A DNA stretch of 63,507 nucleotides, filler included, from Octopus bimaculoides (GCF_001194135.2; 6 parts of 4 records of this genome joined end to end with filler, not necessarily neighbours in it); one strand, 5' to 3'; counted from the first letter of the whole stretch, positions 13,491 through 27,143 are shown. Numbers and translations: made by a program. The notes: generated by a model not told the origin, from the letters alone.

Positions 13491-14746
13491 ATGTTGGCTG
13501 TCTCGTTTCTCTATTTGTTTCTTTCGTTTTCTGTTTGTTTTTTATGCTCTCGTTTCTCTTTTTGTTCACGTTTTTTTGATGTTCTGTATATGCATGTATA
13601 TATGCATATATATGTAGGTATGTACATATATGTATGTCTATATGCATCTACTTATATATATNNNNNNNNNNATATATATATATATATATATATATTATTA
13701 TATGTATTTATTTTCTCTTAGTTAATAATTAACTCGGACAAAATAAATTGGTTAATAGATACCAGGGTAGCAAAGATTACAAAATGACTGTGGTGTAACT
13801 CCTGTTTATGAGGTAGAAACTCCTTGTTATTTTGGGCACTTGAGTAAATATATAAATTTAGTAAATGGAATAAAACGCATATGTTAACTGTATACTTATA
13901 TACATATATGATGTACTTCAGCGTTGTTCCGCCTACTAAATTGGCAATATATTGTATAGCAATATATTAGGGTAGACGGACAGTTTGAACCTTGGATCCA
14001 GTGGTTGGAAAGCAAAATTTTTAATCTAACGGCCAAGAATAGTTTTATTTGTATTTGAGTCGATGTCTCTGTGTCAAATATAGAGAACCTCATCGCCGTC
14101 TTGCTCCTCTACCTCCTTCTCCACATAATTATAATTATTATTATTATTATCGATTTTTCATAGTTTCTCGTTTTTGTCTTCTTCTTTGTTTTGACATTCG
14201 ACCTGAAATCGAGAAGTTGCTGGCCCTGGATGCGGGTTTCAACCCCGAACTTGGGTATTTATTACCACAGCCCAACAACACTTGCTTGATTTAGTAATCA
14301 AACGTGACAGCTAAATCGATGCGTATTTGGCTGACAATGAAATATGTGTAAGAGAGGGCTGTGAGAAGAAGGGGAGGCTACTGGAAAGAAGAGCGTTGTA
14401 AGGCGAAATATGTACCATATGTATTTGTGTGTATGTTTTTACGTATATATGCAGGCATACGTGTAGATTTCTACATATGTATGCTTGTATGTATGAATAT
14501 ACGTTTGTGTGTGTGTGTATAAATATATTTATATATATGTATATATATATATATATATATGTATATACATGTATGCGTGTGTGCTTCTGTGTGTGTGTGA
14601 ATGAATGCATGTATATAAATATATCTGTATATGAGTATGCATGAAAAAATGTGTGTGGGTGCATGCTTGTGCATAAATGTATGCGTTTGTATGTGTGTAT
14701 GTGTATATGCGTGCATCTGTGCAAGTGCCTGTACGTATGTTGCATA

Positions 14747-15022
14747 CGCGCAGGCGTGGCTGTGTGGTGAGAAGCTTGCTTTCCGACCACATGGTTCCAG
14801 GTTCAGTCCCACTGCGTGGTACATGGGGCAAGTGTCATTTACTATTGCCTCGGGCCGACCAAAGCCTTGTAACTGAATTTGGTAAACGGAAACTGATAGA
14901 AGCCCGTCGTGTGTGTGTGTGTGTGTATATATGTATATATGTGTGTGTGTGTGTGTGTTTGTCCACCACCACCACCGCTTGACAACCGGTGTTGGTTTGT
15001 TTACGTTCCCCTAACTTAGCGG
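14747..15022 (+). mobile_element. SINE-A copy, 3'-truncated
   Basis: cgcaggcgtggctgtgtggtgagaag...ggttcagtcccactgcgtgg...ccctaacttagcggtt. Confidence 0.8.
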
Positions 15023-17249
15023 TTAGGGGATCATGAAGAAGATGTGCAAAACTACCGCACAGTGATGTCCTGAGCGAATGTCAATTACTTCTGCGTAGCA
15101 GTGATTAGACGAAAGCTGTACGGAATAAGGATTAGCAGAAGCTAGGGCTGGACAAAATATTAATGACAAAATGAGAAATGACATAGATGAAAAATGAGAG
15201 GGGCACCGACGTCCACTGATCGGCAACCCCTCGAAAACCTTTGTTCACTATGGTTCTTAGCACACAGCCACGCCTAGTCACATCCCCTAAGCATTTTTCG
15301 TACACTCCCCCCCCTCTGTCTATACTTCCTATGTATAATCATACCTACTAAGACGGCAAGGTGGGCAGAATCGCCAGCACGCTAAACAAAATGCTTCGCT
15401 GCATTTCGCCCGTCTTCACGTTCTGAGTTCAAATTCCACCGAGGTGGATTGTGCCATTGAATCTTTCGGGGGTCGATAAAATAAGTACCAGATAAAATAA
15501 GTACCGGGGTCGATGTAATAGACTTCCCCCTTCCCCGAAATTGCTGGTCCTGTCCCAAAATTGGGTACCAATGATTACACACNNNNNNNNNNNNNNNNNN
15601 NNNNNNNNNNNNNNNNNNNNNNNNNNNNNNNNNNNNNNNNNNNNNNNNNNNNNNNNNNNNNNNNNNNNNNNNNNNNNNNNNNNNNNNNNNNNNNNNNNNN
15701 NNNNNNNNNNNNNNNNNNNNNNNNNNNNNNNNNNNNNNNNNNNNNNNNNNNNNNNNNNNNNNNNNNNNNNNNNNNNNNNNNNNNNNNNNNNNNNNNNNNN
15801 NNNNNNNNNNNNNNNNNNNNNNNNNNNNNNNNNNNNNNNNNNNNNNNNNNNNNNNNNNNNNNNNNNNNNNNNNNNNNNNNNNNNNNNNNNNNNNNNNNNN
15901 NNNNNNNNNNNNNNNNNNNNNNNNNNNNNNNNNNNNNNNNNNNNNNNNNNNNNNNNNNNNNNNNNNNNNNNNNNNNNNNNNNNNNNNNNNNNNNNNNNNN
16001 NNNNNNNNNNNNNNNNNNNNNNNNNNNNNNNNNNNNNNNNNNNNNNNNNNNNNNNNNNNNNNNNNNNNNNNNNNNNNNNNNNNNNNNNNNNNNNNNNNNN
16101 NNNNNNNNNNNNNNNNNNNNNNNNNNNNNNNNNNNNNNNNNNNNNNNNNNNNNNNNNNNNNNNNNNNNNNNNNNNNNNNNNNNNNNNNNNNNNNNNNNNN
16201 NNNNNNNNNNNNNNNNNNNNNNNNNNNNNNNNNNNNNNNNNNNNNNNNNNNNNNNNNNNNNNNNNNNNNNNNNNNNNNNNNNNNNNNNNNNNNNNNNNNN
16301 NNNNNNNNNNNNNNNNNNNNNNNNNNNNNNNNNNNNNNNNNNNNNNNNNNNNNNNNNNNNNNNNNNNNNNNNNNNNNNNNNNNNNNNNNNNNNNNNNNNN
16401 NNNNNNNNNNNNNNNNNNNNNNNNNNNNNNNNNNNNNNNNNNNNNNNNNNNNNNNNNNNNNNNNNNNNNNNNNNNNNNNNNNNNNNNNNNNNNNNNNNNN
16501 NNNNNNNNNNNNNNNNNNNNNNNNNNNNNNNNNNNNNNNNNNAAGGCTTTGTTCTGCCCGAAACTATAGTAGAAGACACTTGCCCAAGGTACCACGCAGT
16601 GGGACTGAACCCGGAGCCATGTGGTTGGTAAGCAAGCTGCTTACCACATAGCCACTCCTACGCCTATGTTTACCTAAATAAATGCAGATCTAAACATACA
16701 CTATTTACATATTGTTGTGAGTATTAATTCATCTGCCTTTCTGTATATATATTTACATCAGCCACTTTCTACCAACATGTCCCTTAGTTATCGTCCTTGG
16801 TATTTCATGATGTATAAATCATTTACTCGATTCACATACCAAGTCGATCAGCTGAATATTAACAGTCGCGATTATGAAATCAGTCAGCTTTAAGGCGAAG
16901 GGAGACAACCACTGTTGTGCAGACAGGAACCCTGCCGTGATAAGATAAAACACGAAATTTCATTCACACCCACATCTGACGACACACCAACACCCTCTGT
17001 CTATCTATCTGTCTGTCTCTCTGATGTCTGCCTGTCTGTCTGTCTGTCTGTCTGTCTCACTCTCCCCCCTCTCTCTCATATGCACATGCACGTACCCACA
17101 CACAGAATTATACACGTATGCATGCATACACACACACAATCATACCCATACGTGCTGCGCGCGCGTGTGTTTATCCGAAAACATACATATATGCGAGTGT
17201 ATATGATTTAGTTGTACGTATGTGTAAACATAAATATTAATAAGCGTAT

Positions 17250-17286
<37 letters not shown>

Positions 17287-17379
17287 GTATATATAAAGAC
17301 AAAGGTATATGTATAGTAATATAAAAAATATGTACAGTTCAGACATGCAAGTATACATGCTCACACACACCTATGCAGT

Positions 17380-17424
<45 letters not shown>

Positions 17425-17524
17425 NNNNNNNNNNNNNNNNNNNNNNNNNNNNNNNNNNNNNNNNNNNNTTAATTAATTAANNNNNNNNNNNNNNNNNNNN
17501 NNNNNNNNNNNNNNNNNNNNNNNN

Positions 17525-17561
<37 letters not shown>

Positions 17562-17647
17562 CAGGGTAAAAATTATAAAAGTAATAATTAATACCAGCGA
17601 TTAGCATGCGTAATAAAAAGTCAAAAGGCATAAATACTTTTATAAAA

Positions 17648-17782
17648 TAATAGTGTATGAGAGTTTATACACGGAGAGGAGTCCACCATGTGAAACCTTT
17701 TGACTGCGCTTTCTAACATGTAAGGAATCCACATAGTGGTCTCCTCTCCGTGTATAAACGTATAAACTCCTATACACTATTA
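17648..17782. repeat. Fold-back, MITE-like inverted repeat
   Basis: Perfect 19-bp arms gtttatacacggagaggag (17663-17681) and ctcctctccgtgtataaac (17741-17759), imperfectly extended outward (taatagtgtat/atacactatta) and inward. Confidence 0.8.
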
Positions 17783-18346
17783 TATATATATATATATATA
17801 TATATAACATGAATAATATATAAATATATGCATATATCCATACATATGTGTACATACCCACATCTATATGCATGCATACATGCATATATGACTACAGGAT
17901 ATCACAAGAAACGTTAAACACAATGAGAAACAAAAATTTAAAGACGAAGACAGAAAACGAACTTTTTTTTCGAACAACGAAAAAAACAAACAGAGAGACG
18001 TGACATGCAACATAAAGAATAGTTCCCTTCTTCAGTTGTCCCTGTTCCATCTACTCCGCGTTTCGAAGGCAAGGACAATACGCGACTTCGTTGGAGCAGT
18101 CCTTCCCGCAAAGCAANNNNNNNNNNTTTCGAAGGCAAGGACAATACGCGACTTCGTTGGAGCAGTCCTTCCCGCAAAGCAAATTAAATAAAATTTGGAA
18201 TTTTTTGCGGAGGGTGAAAGTGTAAACAAGAACAGGACAGTGTATGTACATATGTATGGATATATGCATATATTTATATATTATGTATGTTATTATATGA
18301 TCGAACGCCACGCATCCGTTTCCAAGTAAGTTTTATATATATATAT

Positions 18347-18668
18347 CTTCATTGTTGAGTTGTTTAATAGTGGTTTTTCTCTAAATGATATATATATTGG
18401 CGATAACTATTAATTTCCAGTACCGCTGCCGTAGTCTCCTTTAGAGAGACTTAGAAATATTAATAACTCTATATATATATAATTTAGAGAAAAACCACTA
18501 TTAAACAATTCAACAATGAAGAATGTAATTCATACACTCTAGAAAATAAATATATCACTTTACTGATTTTTGGAATAGGGTTTTTGTGATATATTTATTT
18601 TCTAGAGTGTATGAATTACATTCTTCATTGTTGAATTGTTTAATAGCGGTTTTTCTCTAAATTATATA
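18347..18668. repeat. Nested palindrome: 83-bp arms around a 27-nt loop, plus a third copy of the outer half
   Basis: 18476-18558 and 18586-18668 are reverse complements with 1 mismatch; 18347-18397 repeats the outer ~50 bp. Confidence 0.9.
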
Positions 18669-18875
18669 CATATATTTTATATTGGGAAATTTGATTTAGT
18701 TTTGCTAAATTGAATTTTTCCTTGTAAGTTTTGGATTTTCCCTAATATTATATGTGTGTGTGTGTGTNNNNNNNNNNGGGAAATTTGATTTAGTTTTGCT
18801 AAATTGAATTTTTCCTTGTAAGTTTTGGATTTTCCCTAATATTATATGTGTGTGTGTGTGTGTGTGTGTGTTTGT

Positions 18876-18916
<41 letters not shown>

Positions 18917-19263
18917 CGACGAGCTTCTTTCAGTTTCCGTCTACCAAATCCACTCACAAGTGTCTTCTACTGAGGCTACGGTAGTAGACACTCACAAGTG
19001 TCTTCTACTGAGGCTACAAACACGCACATACACACACAAATACACACACAGATACATACACACTTACATTACGTACGTATGTTCGTACATGCGTCAAAAT
19101 ATAGAAATATATTTGAAATAAAACGTTAAAGCGAGACGAGTGCTATGACAAAATTATAATTTCATCGGTAGAATATAGAACGGTAAAATCAGTAATACTA
19201 GATTAACAATATACTTGCTTTGCACAGTTTCACTTGAACATGTTTTTAGAGGATATTTTTCCT

Positions 19264-19347
19264 ACGTATACAGACATACCACTCACGTATACAGACGTAC
19301 CACTCACGTATACAGACATACCACTCACGTATACAGACGTACCACTT
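19264..19347 (+). repeat. 21-bp minisatellite, 4 units
   Basis: acgtatacagacRtaccactc x4, with R alternating a/g/a/g. Confidence 0.92.
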
Positions 19348-19544
19348 CGTCGTTTCCGTTTGGTTTTACATCTTCCTTTAATTCTACTTTCATCTCATTT
19401 CTTCGACAATAAGGAAGACCATATTCTAAGCTTACGTTAGAATCTAATTCTTTTTGTTTTGTTTTGTTTTTTGCTTGTTTGTTTGTTTGTTTTTGTTTTT
19501 TTAATTTTGTTAAATATTTACGAGATTGAATAATAGAGTTTCAA

Positions 19545-19790
19545 ATGTCAAGCAAGTCGATTTCTCTGATAGTTAAAATTGATATCTTAAATCAACTTCA
19601 AAATGGAACCGGTTTAACAGATACTGCGAAACAGTTTAATACAAACGAAGTAACTATTAAAACGATTAAAAGGAACGAAGTATAAATCAAAGCCGGTATA
19701 ATCGTAGGATCTTGAACAACTTTGAATCACGGCATTTAACCGTAGAAACATCATAGAAACAATGAGAGCAGCCAATTTACGTCAGCGGCC
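19545..19790 (+). pseudogene. Tigger/pogo-like transposase N-terminal HTH (psq/CENP-B type) remnant
   Basis: MSSKSISLIVKIDILNQLQNGTGLTDTAKQFNTNEVTIKTIKRNEV*IK fits the 'RKsisle.K..ii..l..G......a..f....sTi.tI.kn...I' pattern; stop at 19683. Confidence 0.55.
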
Positions 19791-19884
19791 AAATCTATGT
19801 ATCAGTCTGTATACTTGTGTTTGTGTGTCTGTGTGTGCACACACTTCATAATCGCATTTTCTAATGCTCGTTTTAATAAACAGT

Positions 19885-20133
19885 TACTCTTTTACTTGTT
19901 TCAGCCATTTTACTGCGACCATGCTGGAGTACCGCCTTGAAGGGTTTTTTTTAGTTGAACAAATCAGCCCCAGGATTTTTTAAAGCCTAGTACTGATTCT
20001 AGCAGTTCCTTTTGCCAAACCGCTAAGTTACAGGGACATAACCTCACCAACAGTGGTTGTCAATCGGGCGGGGACAAACACAGACACAAACACACACACA
20101 CACAGATACACACATACATATATATATTTCTGT

Positions 20134-20202
<69 letters not shown>

Positions 20203-20361
20203 CGTACGTGTGTGTGTGTGTGTGTATATGACGGACTACTTTCAGTTTCCGACTACCAAATCCACTCTCGAGGCTTTGGTCGGCCCAAGGTGCCAAGCAG
20301 TGGGACTGAACCCGGGAGAATGTGGTTGGGAAACAAGCTTCTTACCACACAGCCACGCCTG
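19885..20361 (-). mobile_element. SINE-A copy with expanded internal (TG)n
   Basis: Co-linear with 3228-3647; ends cttaccacacagccacgcctg. Confidence 0.8.
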
Positions 20362-20449
20362 TGGTGTTCTTTATTAATATCATCGGAAGATCTACACTAG
20401 GAACACAATGACAAATCAAAGGTTTTCGTTAGTTGTTTTAATATCCATT

Positions 20450-20690
20450 GAAAAGGAAAGCCTTAAAATGGAGTGAGACCCTACTTTCAGTTTCTATGAG
20501 AAAGTGACTGACATTTTTGCTACAAAGAAAGAGAAGAATGGATCTCCTGTACAAATAGGCTAATGTAATTAGGAAGTAAACTTTTCAAATTTTCTTATCC
20601 TTTTATGTACTCACAAATCTTTTAATGATAGTTTACTACATAAAGGTCACCAAGTGCCTACCCTGAGTAATTACTGACGGTACGAGGCTG
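20450..20690 (+). mobile_element. Possible hAT transposon 3' remnant
   Basis: FYEKVTDIFATKKE/RMDLLYK* (one frameshift, TAG 20556) resembles hAT C-termini; a candidate TIR ending ...gtacgaggCTG at 20690. Confidence 0.3.
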
Positions 20691-20864
20691 GTATGTATGT
20701 ATAGATGTATGTATGTCTCCTCTTTATCTTTTTAATTTAGAGTGAATTTTGATCGGCCACCTACTTGGTAGCAAGGTTGTGAAGAAAAGTATCTTGTTTT
20801 GACTTTCATCTTTTAAATCGTAAGAAGGTTTTGCGGATTTTTATTCTGTATGTATGTATGTATG

Positions 20865-21203
20865 TTATCAATCAGTTTCATTTCTGTATTTCTTGTCCAT
20901 AGAGAAAGAGCCGGACTCTAAACATAGATTCAAGGCTCCTTCATTGGAACTTTTATCAACGTCATCTAGGTATTTGTGCATGTGTGTGTGCAGTATTTGG
21001 TGTTTGTGTATGCGCAGATTTGTATGTTTGTTTTATGGATGCGTTTTTAAGTATATATTTTCATGTCTAGATGCATGCATATGTATTTATGTGCTAAATT
21101 TTTGGAAAGTTTTACATATCTTTACAGTTCCATTGATGGCTTGAACCTGTAGTCTTCTAATCAGCCTTTTTCTTTCAGGTTTTGAGAACCCTAATTTTTC
21201 CAG
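20865..21203 (-). mobile_element. RLE-type LINE 3' end with complete 3' UTR, flanked by (TATG)n on both sides
   Basis: Shares cttcattggaa, tctagatgc, tttacagttcca and ctgtagtctt with the other copies; (TGTA)n at 20847-20864 and (TATG)n at 21215-21263. Confidence 0.75.
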
Positions 21204-22254
21204 GTTTTTGTTGTTATGTATGTATGTATGTATGTATGTATGTATGTATGTACGTATGTATGTTGATCAGTTAACACTAAATTAAACTTGATTTATGTAT
21301 CTAGACTGTCGCAGATAGGGCCACAGGAAGGCTGCAGGAAGGCCTCTATAAAAGCCGCAAGAGTTGGTTTCAGGCGAATCAAGCTTCAGAACGGTGTTGA
21401 AGGAAATGAAGATACCTCGAAATTTGACAAGAGATTATGAAGAGTTAAAGAAGCAGTGGCTTTAATTCGATCAACTATCTTTACACAAAAATGTGAGTTC
21501 ATATGTGTATGCGTTTGTGGACAGAAGCAGACACACACACACACATACATATATATATGTGTGTGTGTGTGTGTGTGTTTACATATGTATATATACATGT
21601 TATTACACACAGGTTATTTACACATATAGACATGGGTATAAGGAGATGCCACCGCTATCATCGTCGTCGTCATCATCGCCGTCGTCATCATCGTCGTCGT
21701 TGTTGTCATCATCATCATCATCATTATCATCTTCATCTTTCCATTTTTATAATTTCCAGTCCACTCATATATGCAGTTACTTTTTTGTCTTCTATTTTAA
21801 ATTCTACGCCACACAATTGTGCACCCACTTTCGAGCACATGACATACACATGCGCATATGCAAACATACAAACACATTAGCAAATAAACGTGGTCTTATA
21901 TACGCATTCACACATATATTCACACATTTTCGCCCATTTGTACACATACATATGAATGCACGCACACGCACACGCACACACACAAACGGAGATACACTCA
22001 AGTACACACATTCACACACACACGTACATGTACACACACATGCAGACACAATACCATACGCATGCACACGTATGCATATGAGAACCCAAATTTACATGTG
22101 CATACAGAAGCAGAAGCATACAGAGGCATGCACACGCACATGATTGTATGTGAGTGTGTATGTGTGCTTGTGTGTTTGTGTGTGCGTGTGTACGTGGACC
22201 GAGACATAGAAAAATCATACATGCATACAAAAACACATAAACACACATACCTAT

Positions 22255-22306
<52 letters not shown>

Positions 22307-22466
22307 GCGTGTGTGTGCATGTATGTATGTGTGTGTGTATGTGCGTACGCGGGATGGCACCTGTGTGTAGAATAATTCCAATATGGTGAGAATTTTGAAC
22401 GTGTTCTTTTGTTCTTCCATTCATAAAAGCAGTATAGAGTACTTGAGAGTAGAGGTGGGAGATATG

Positions 22467-22503
<37 letters not shown>

Positions 22504-22635
22504 GTCGGAGGGAGAGAGAGAGAGAGAGAGAAGGAAGAGAACGGTGGGCAGCTGCTTTGGAGGGGATAGGTGTGGTGTTGCGTGCGGCTTCGTGTTGTGT
22601 GTTGAGGTATTTTGGGATGAATAAATTTAGTTATG

Positions 22636-23011
22636 GTGGCGGAGGAGGTGGCGATGGAAACAGCGTCAGCGGCGGCGGCGGCGGCGGCGGTGATTGTGGT
22701 GATTGTGGTGGCTGTGGTGGTGGTGGTGGTGGTGGTGTTGTGGTGGTGGGTAATGGAGGTGATGAGATAACAGAAGGATGGACGAATTTCGCTCGTCCTC
22801 TTCGCTTTCATTGTGTCACGACTGTCGTCATCACTATTTTCATAACTGCTACCGTCATAATTATTCTTAGCAACAGCAGCAGCAGTACCAACAGCATTCT
22901 CACCATCATCAACAGCAGCAATTCCACTATGATTATCATCATCACCATCATCATCATTATTATTCATCCACATCAGCTATAGCAGCATAATTATCAAAAG
23001 CAAAATCATCC

Positions 23012-23068
<57 letters not shown>

Positions 23069-23077
23069 ACATATCTG

Positions 23078-23161
<84 letters not shown>

Positions 23162-23200
23162 CTGTCTTCCTCACCATCAGCATTCTCATCATCATCGTAG
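22636..23200. repeat. Compound trinucleotide low-complexity block (GGC/GGT, CAT/CAG, GTC, ATC)
   Basis: Directly visible; (GTC)n about 23013-23067 and (ATC)n about 23078-23160. Confidence 0.9.
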
Positions 23201-23639
23201 TTGCCAACACAATTTTCACCACCGGTTCCTAATATACTGGATTCAAATCCTGCCATGAATCGACTTCATCTTTCATTTCTATGAAGTCGATAAAAATAAA
23301 GTACTTGTCATATACTAGGGTTGAGGTAATCTTCTAATCCTCACCCTTGTCCTACCAGAAAATTCTAACCTAGCGCTTGTATTAGAAATAGTTGTCAAAG
23401 ATTGGTGAATTGACAGAATAACTAGAGTATTGGAATAAAATGCATTGGGATGCTTGTTCCAACTTTCTACATTTTGAGTCCAAATCTCTCTGAGATCGAC
23501 TTTTCCTTTCATCATTTCGGGTTCGATGGAATAATTACCAGTCGAGCACTGGAGTTGATGTTGTCGACTAGACCCCCTTCTCCACAATTTCAAGCCTTGC
23601 GCCTATAATAGAAAGGATTATTAATAGTAGTAGTTAATC

Positions 23640-23910
23640 GCAGCTGACTGGCCAACATGGAAGAGCACCCTGAATGAATACCTCAAGTCTGGGGGAAAGA
23701 GGTTAACGAGCACAGTAGTAGACAAGTGAGCCCGGCAAAAGGAGTGCAGTTACTTCGACGGACTTAACACCGTATTCAAATGTGTGCTATGTAACAGAGA
23801 CTGTTACTCGCATATAGGTGTGTTTAGCCATCGGTGACGCAGTTCCAGCCGAGCTGGAAACTGCAAAGATACTACTCTTGGTCAGCTCTGACCGAAGGAG
23901 GCCAATGAAA
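23640..23910 (+). mobile_element. RTE-BovB-type LINE 3' end
   Basis: WKSTL...FKCVLCNRDCYSHIGVFSHR, the C-terminal C..C.R.C.S.IGL.SH zinc-finger motif of RTE elements, then the ...gaccgaaggaggccaa 3' terminus. Confidence 0.7.
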
Positions 23911-24667
23911 AAGTTGTCTTATTTTGATGAATGCAGTGCTTTCCTGTGTTCAAGCTATTTTCTGTATGGTGTGTATTAGCCCTGTGATTTTTTGTTACGT
24001 TTTTATCTACATGTTTTTTAAATTATTCTCTCCGGCTCTCTTATTATAGGAATTGTTTACCTTCAGCCGCCGTATTCTGGCTATTTTTCCATTTCTTGAT
24101 CTTTTGTATACTTGGATATCTTTCTTCATATCTTTGAGAGATCTACTAGCGTCTGTTAAGGCTGGCTAATTCTTCGATTAGGAGGCATTTCGTTGGTTGA
24201 GGATCCCTGACAAAAGTAACAAGACGATTTGTCAGAATCTCCAGCAGCTTTACATAGCCGTTTAAATTGAGTCTAAGGTCCTATTCAAATATACGGATTG
24301 GCATGACGTCAATCTCACTGAAGTCACCCTAAACCCAGCACAGTTTCTGCGAATTGGGGTTTCAAAATAGAAAGAAAAACTGTGACTTGCATGTACCCGT
24401 TTTCTTGTGGTGGGTAAATGTAATTTTGTGATGTTCATTTCTTTCCTGAAAGTACTTGCGATGCAGGTGAAGAGAACTAACAGAAAAAGTATCGGTTAGT
24501 GGACGCCGGAAACTTATCTCTATTCTACACAGCGAAAGTCACAGATTTGAACTGCAGTTATTCAATTTTCCAATGCGTTAATGTGTGTCCATAATGTAAC
24601 ATGTTTTGTCTCTTGCAAAATAGTAGTTTGTAACCGGATTTGTTGAAAAATATAGAGAAAATAGAAT

Positions 24668-24764
<97 letters not shown>

Positions 24765-24816
24765 TAGATAGAAAGATGCACTATATCTAGACCAATACAA
24801 AATGTGCGTGCGTGTG

Positions 24817-24850
<34 letters not shown>

Positions 24851-24858
24851 CATGTATG

Positions 24859-24942
<84 letters not shown>

Positions 24943-25028
24943 TACATACTTAGAATAAGTTAGCATAAAACAGTGTATATATGTTTATATGTGTATAGAT
25001 ATACACACACATACATATATACATATAA

Positions 25029-25099
<71 letters not shown>

Positions 25100-25854
25100 T
25101 ACATATATACATATATACATGCATACACACACACACACACACACACACATATAGTTGAGTAATGGTAATTGGGAGAAAATAAAGCAAAATTCTATAAACA
25201 GCTTTATGTACGCGTAAAATATAAAACACGAAAACATAAAATCGGAATACATAAGACTCGAAAAGCAATCTTCTAGCTTAAGCTGTCTTGTAAAACATTC
25301 CCGAAATTGACATAACGATAAATAATGAGAAAAATGTGAACTAACATAAAGTACAGAAGGTTGATGAGACTCCAACTTCCTGTTACACCAGCCATTTTTA
25401 ACCATTTTTCTTTTTTTCTTTTTTTTTTTTTTGGATCACAAACCCTTCAGAAGCTCTTTTCATGTTGTAGGGCCGTTTGTAAAACAAAGACACATTGTGA
25501 ACAGAATGGATAGAAAATCATTTATTATTTAAAACCAACAAGACTTTAACATTCGAACATGCTGGAAAAAAAAATTAATAAAACACTGCATGAAATTTTC
25601 AACTTTAAACATTTATCAGACACAAGCGATCCTTGTAATTGGTGCATCTCTGCAAATTTCATGATATCCAAATCTAAATTTGATAATGGCATTTGGAGGT
25701 CACTTCATACCAATTGCGTTCCTGGATTTGTTCAAGGAAACAACGTAAATGAAGNNNNNNNNNNNNNNNNNNNNNNNNNNNNNNNNNNNNNNNNNNNNTT
25801 AATTAATTAANNNNNNNNNNNNNNNNNNNNNNNNNNNNNNNNNNNNNNNNNNNN

Positions 25855-25898
<44 letters not shown>

Positions 25899-25900
<2 letters not shown>

Positions 25901-25981
25901 GCCCACGGGCATATGGCGTAGTGGTTAAGAGCATGGCTACTAACCCCAAGATTCCGAGTTCGATTCCAGGCAGTGACCTGA
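25899..25981 (+). mobile_element. SINE-D tRNA-like head only
   Basis: ATGCCCACGGGCATA-TGGCGTAGTGG...AGTTCGATTCCAGGCAGTGACCTGAATAA is nearly identical to the head at 41945-42031(-). It is followed by (AAT)n/(GAA)n with no hammerhead part. Confidence 0.7.
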
Positions 25982-26801
25982 ATAATTATAATAATAATAA
26001 GAAGAAGAAGAAGAAGAAGAATGTAAATATAAAATACTAAAAATTACTGGGAATAATTATTTAAAGGGAGAAGAAACTATTATATGGTTATGTAACATAA
26101 TTAATCCAGAGCTAATGTACAGACAATGTAGACGCTAATAAGAAGCAAATAAGTAGTAATAGGATTTTTAAAAAAAACATAATTCGCAAATGACTAATAA
26201 TAAATTCGTTTTAACATTATATGTGCGGAAAAACCTGGGCATATGTCAATCTTATTCTGAGGTGAGCCTTCGTAGCACTCGTCGAAATTGCATCAAAGAA
26301 AAAAGCAAAATACTTTTGTTTAATTCAATTTACAGACAAATGAATGTAGATAACAACTCGTATTTCATGTTTAAGCTAACTATATATATAGCTGAACTAA
26401 TTCGATTAACGATTTAGCTCCCTAAAACAAAGGAATTTATGTATAGACTATTGTTGTATCTACAAAATGCGTCCACAGATATTTGTGTCATTGGTATTAT
26501 TTGTGCCATTTCATGCTGCATTACGCCGAGTTTCTCTCCATTCGTACAACGAATATAGAATACTGCTTTCCACTGTTAGTAGTAATCCAAAGCCAGCTAA
26601 CATAAAAAGAATTCTGTAACTAACTGCTGCACTTGCCTGACACCGTCTCTATAATATGCCATGTGTCAAACACTTATAACATGATAAATATTCACTGATA
26701 TAGTTGGAATTTCTGCATATCTGAAGTGCGTTTATAACAAAACACATACGCAGAAATACCTAAATATGTGTGTGACTGAATACACACTTAAATACAAGTG
26801 C

Positions 26802-26852
<51 letters not shown>

Positions 26853-27106
26853 TACATACATATGTATGCGTGTTCGTGTTGTGTGTGTCTGTGTGTATTC
26901 ATTCCGGATTAGCTTATGAGCAACAATGCTGATACTTGTGGTGACACGGCATTCTCATATCACATATGGTGTATGTTTATCATTCTCTCTCCCACTCTCT
27001 CGCTCTCTCTCTCTCTCTCTGTATATATATATATACATACGTGCCTGCGTTGTGCTTGTACACATCTGTGCGTTTATGTTTGAGTGCACGTCTTAGTACG
27101 CTCGTA

Positions 27107-27143
<37 letters not shown>

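Noticed and set aside
18061-18182. 56-bp tandem duplication; similarly 18684-18767 versus 18778-18861
   Set aside because: Identical copies either side of 10-N gaps are unmerged contig overlaps.
22960-23256. Poly-Asp/Met/Thr ORFs, and likewise poly-Glu/Lys/Ser/Leu/Phe ORFs at 39887-40300
   Set aside because: These are translations of trinucleotide microsatellites, open in several frames, with no splice or flanking coding context.
25899-25981. Possible tRNA genes here and at the other SINE heads
   Set aside because: A/B boxes are present, but the sequences run into SINE bodies or microsatellites and I could not fold a complete cloverleaf with an acceptor stem.
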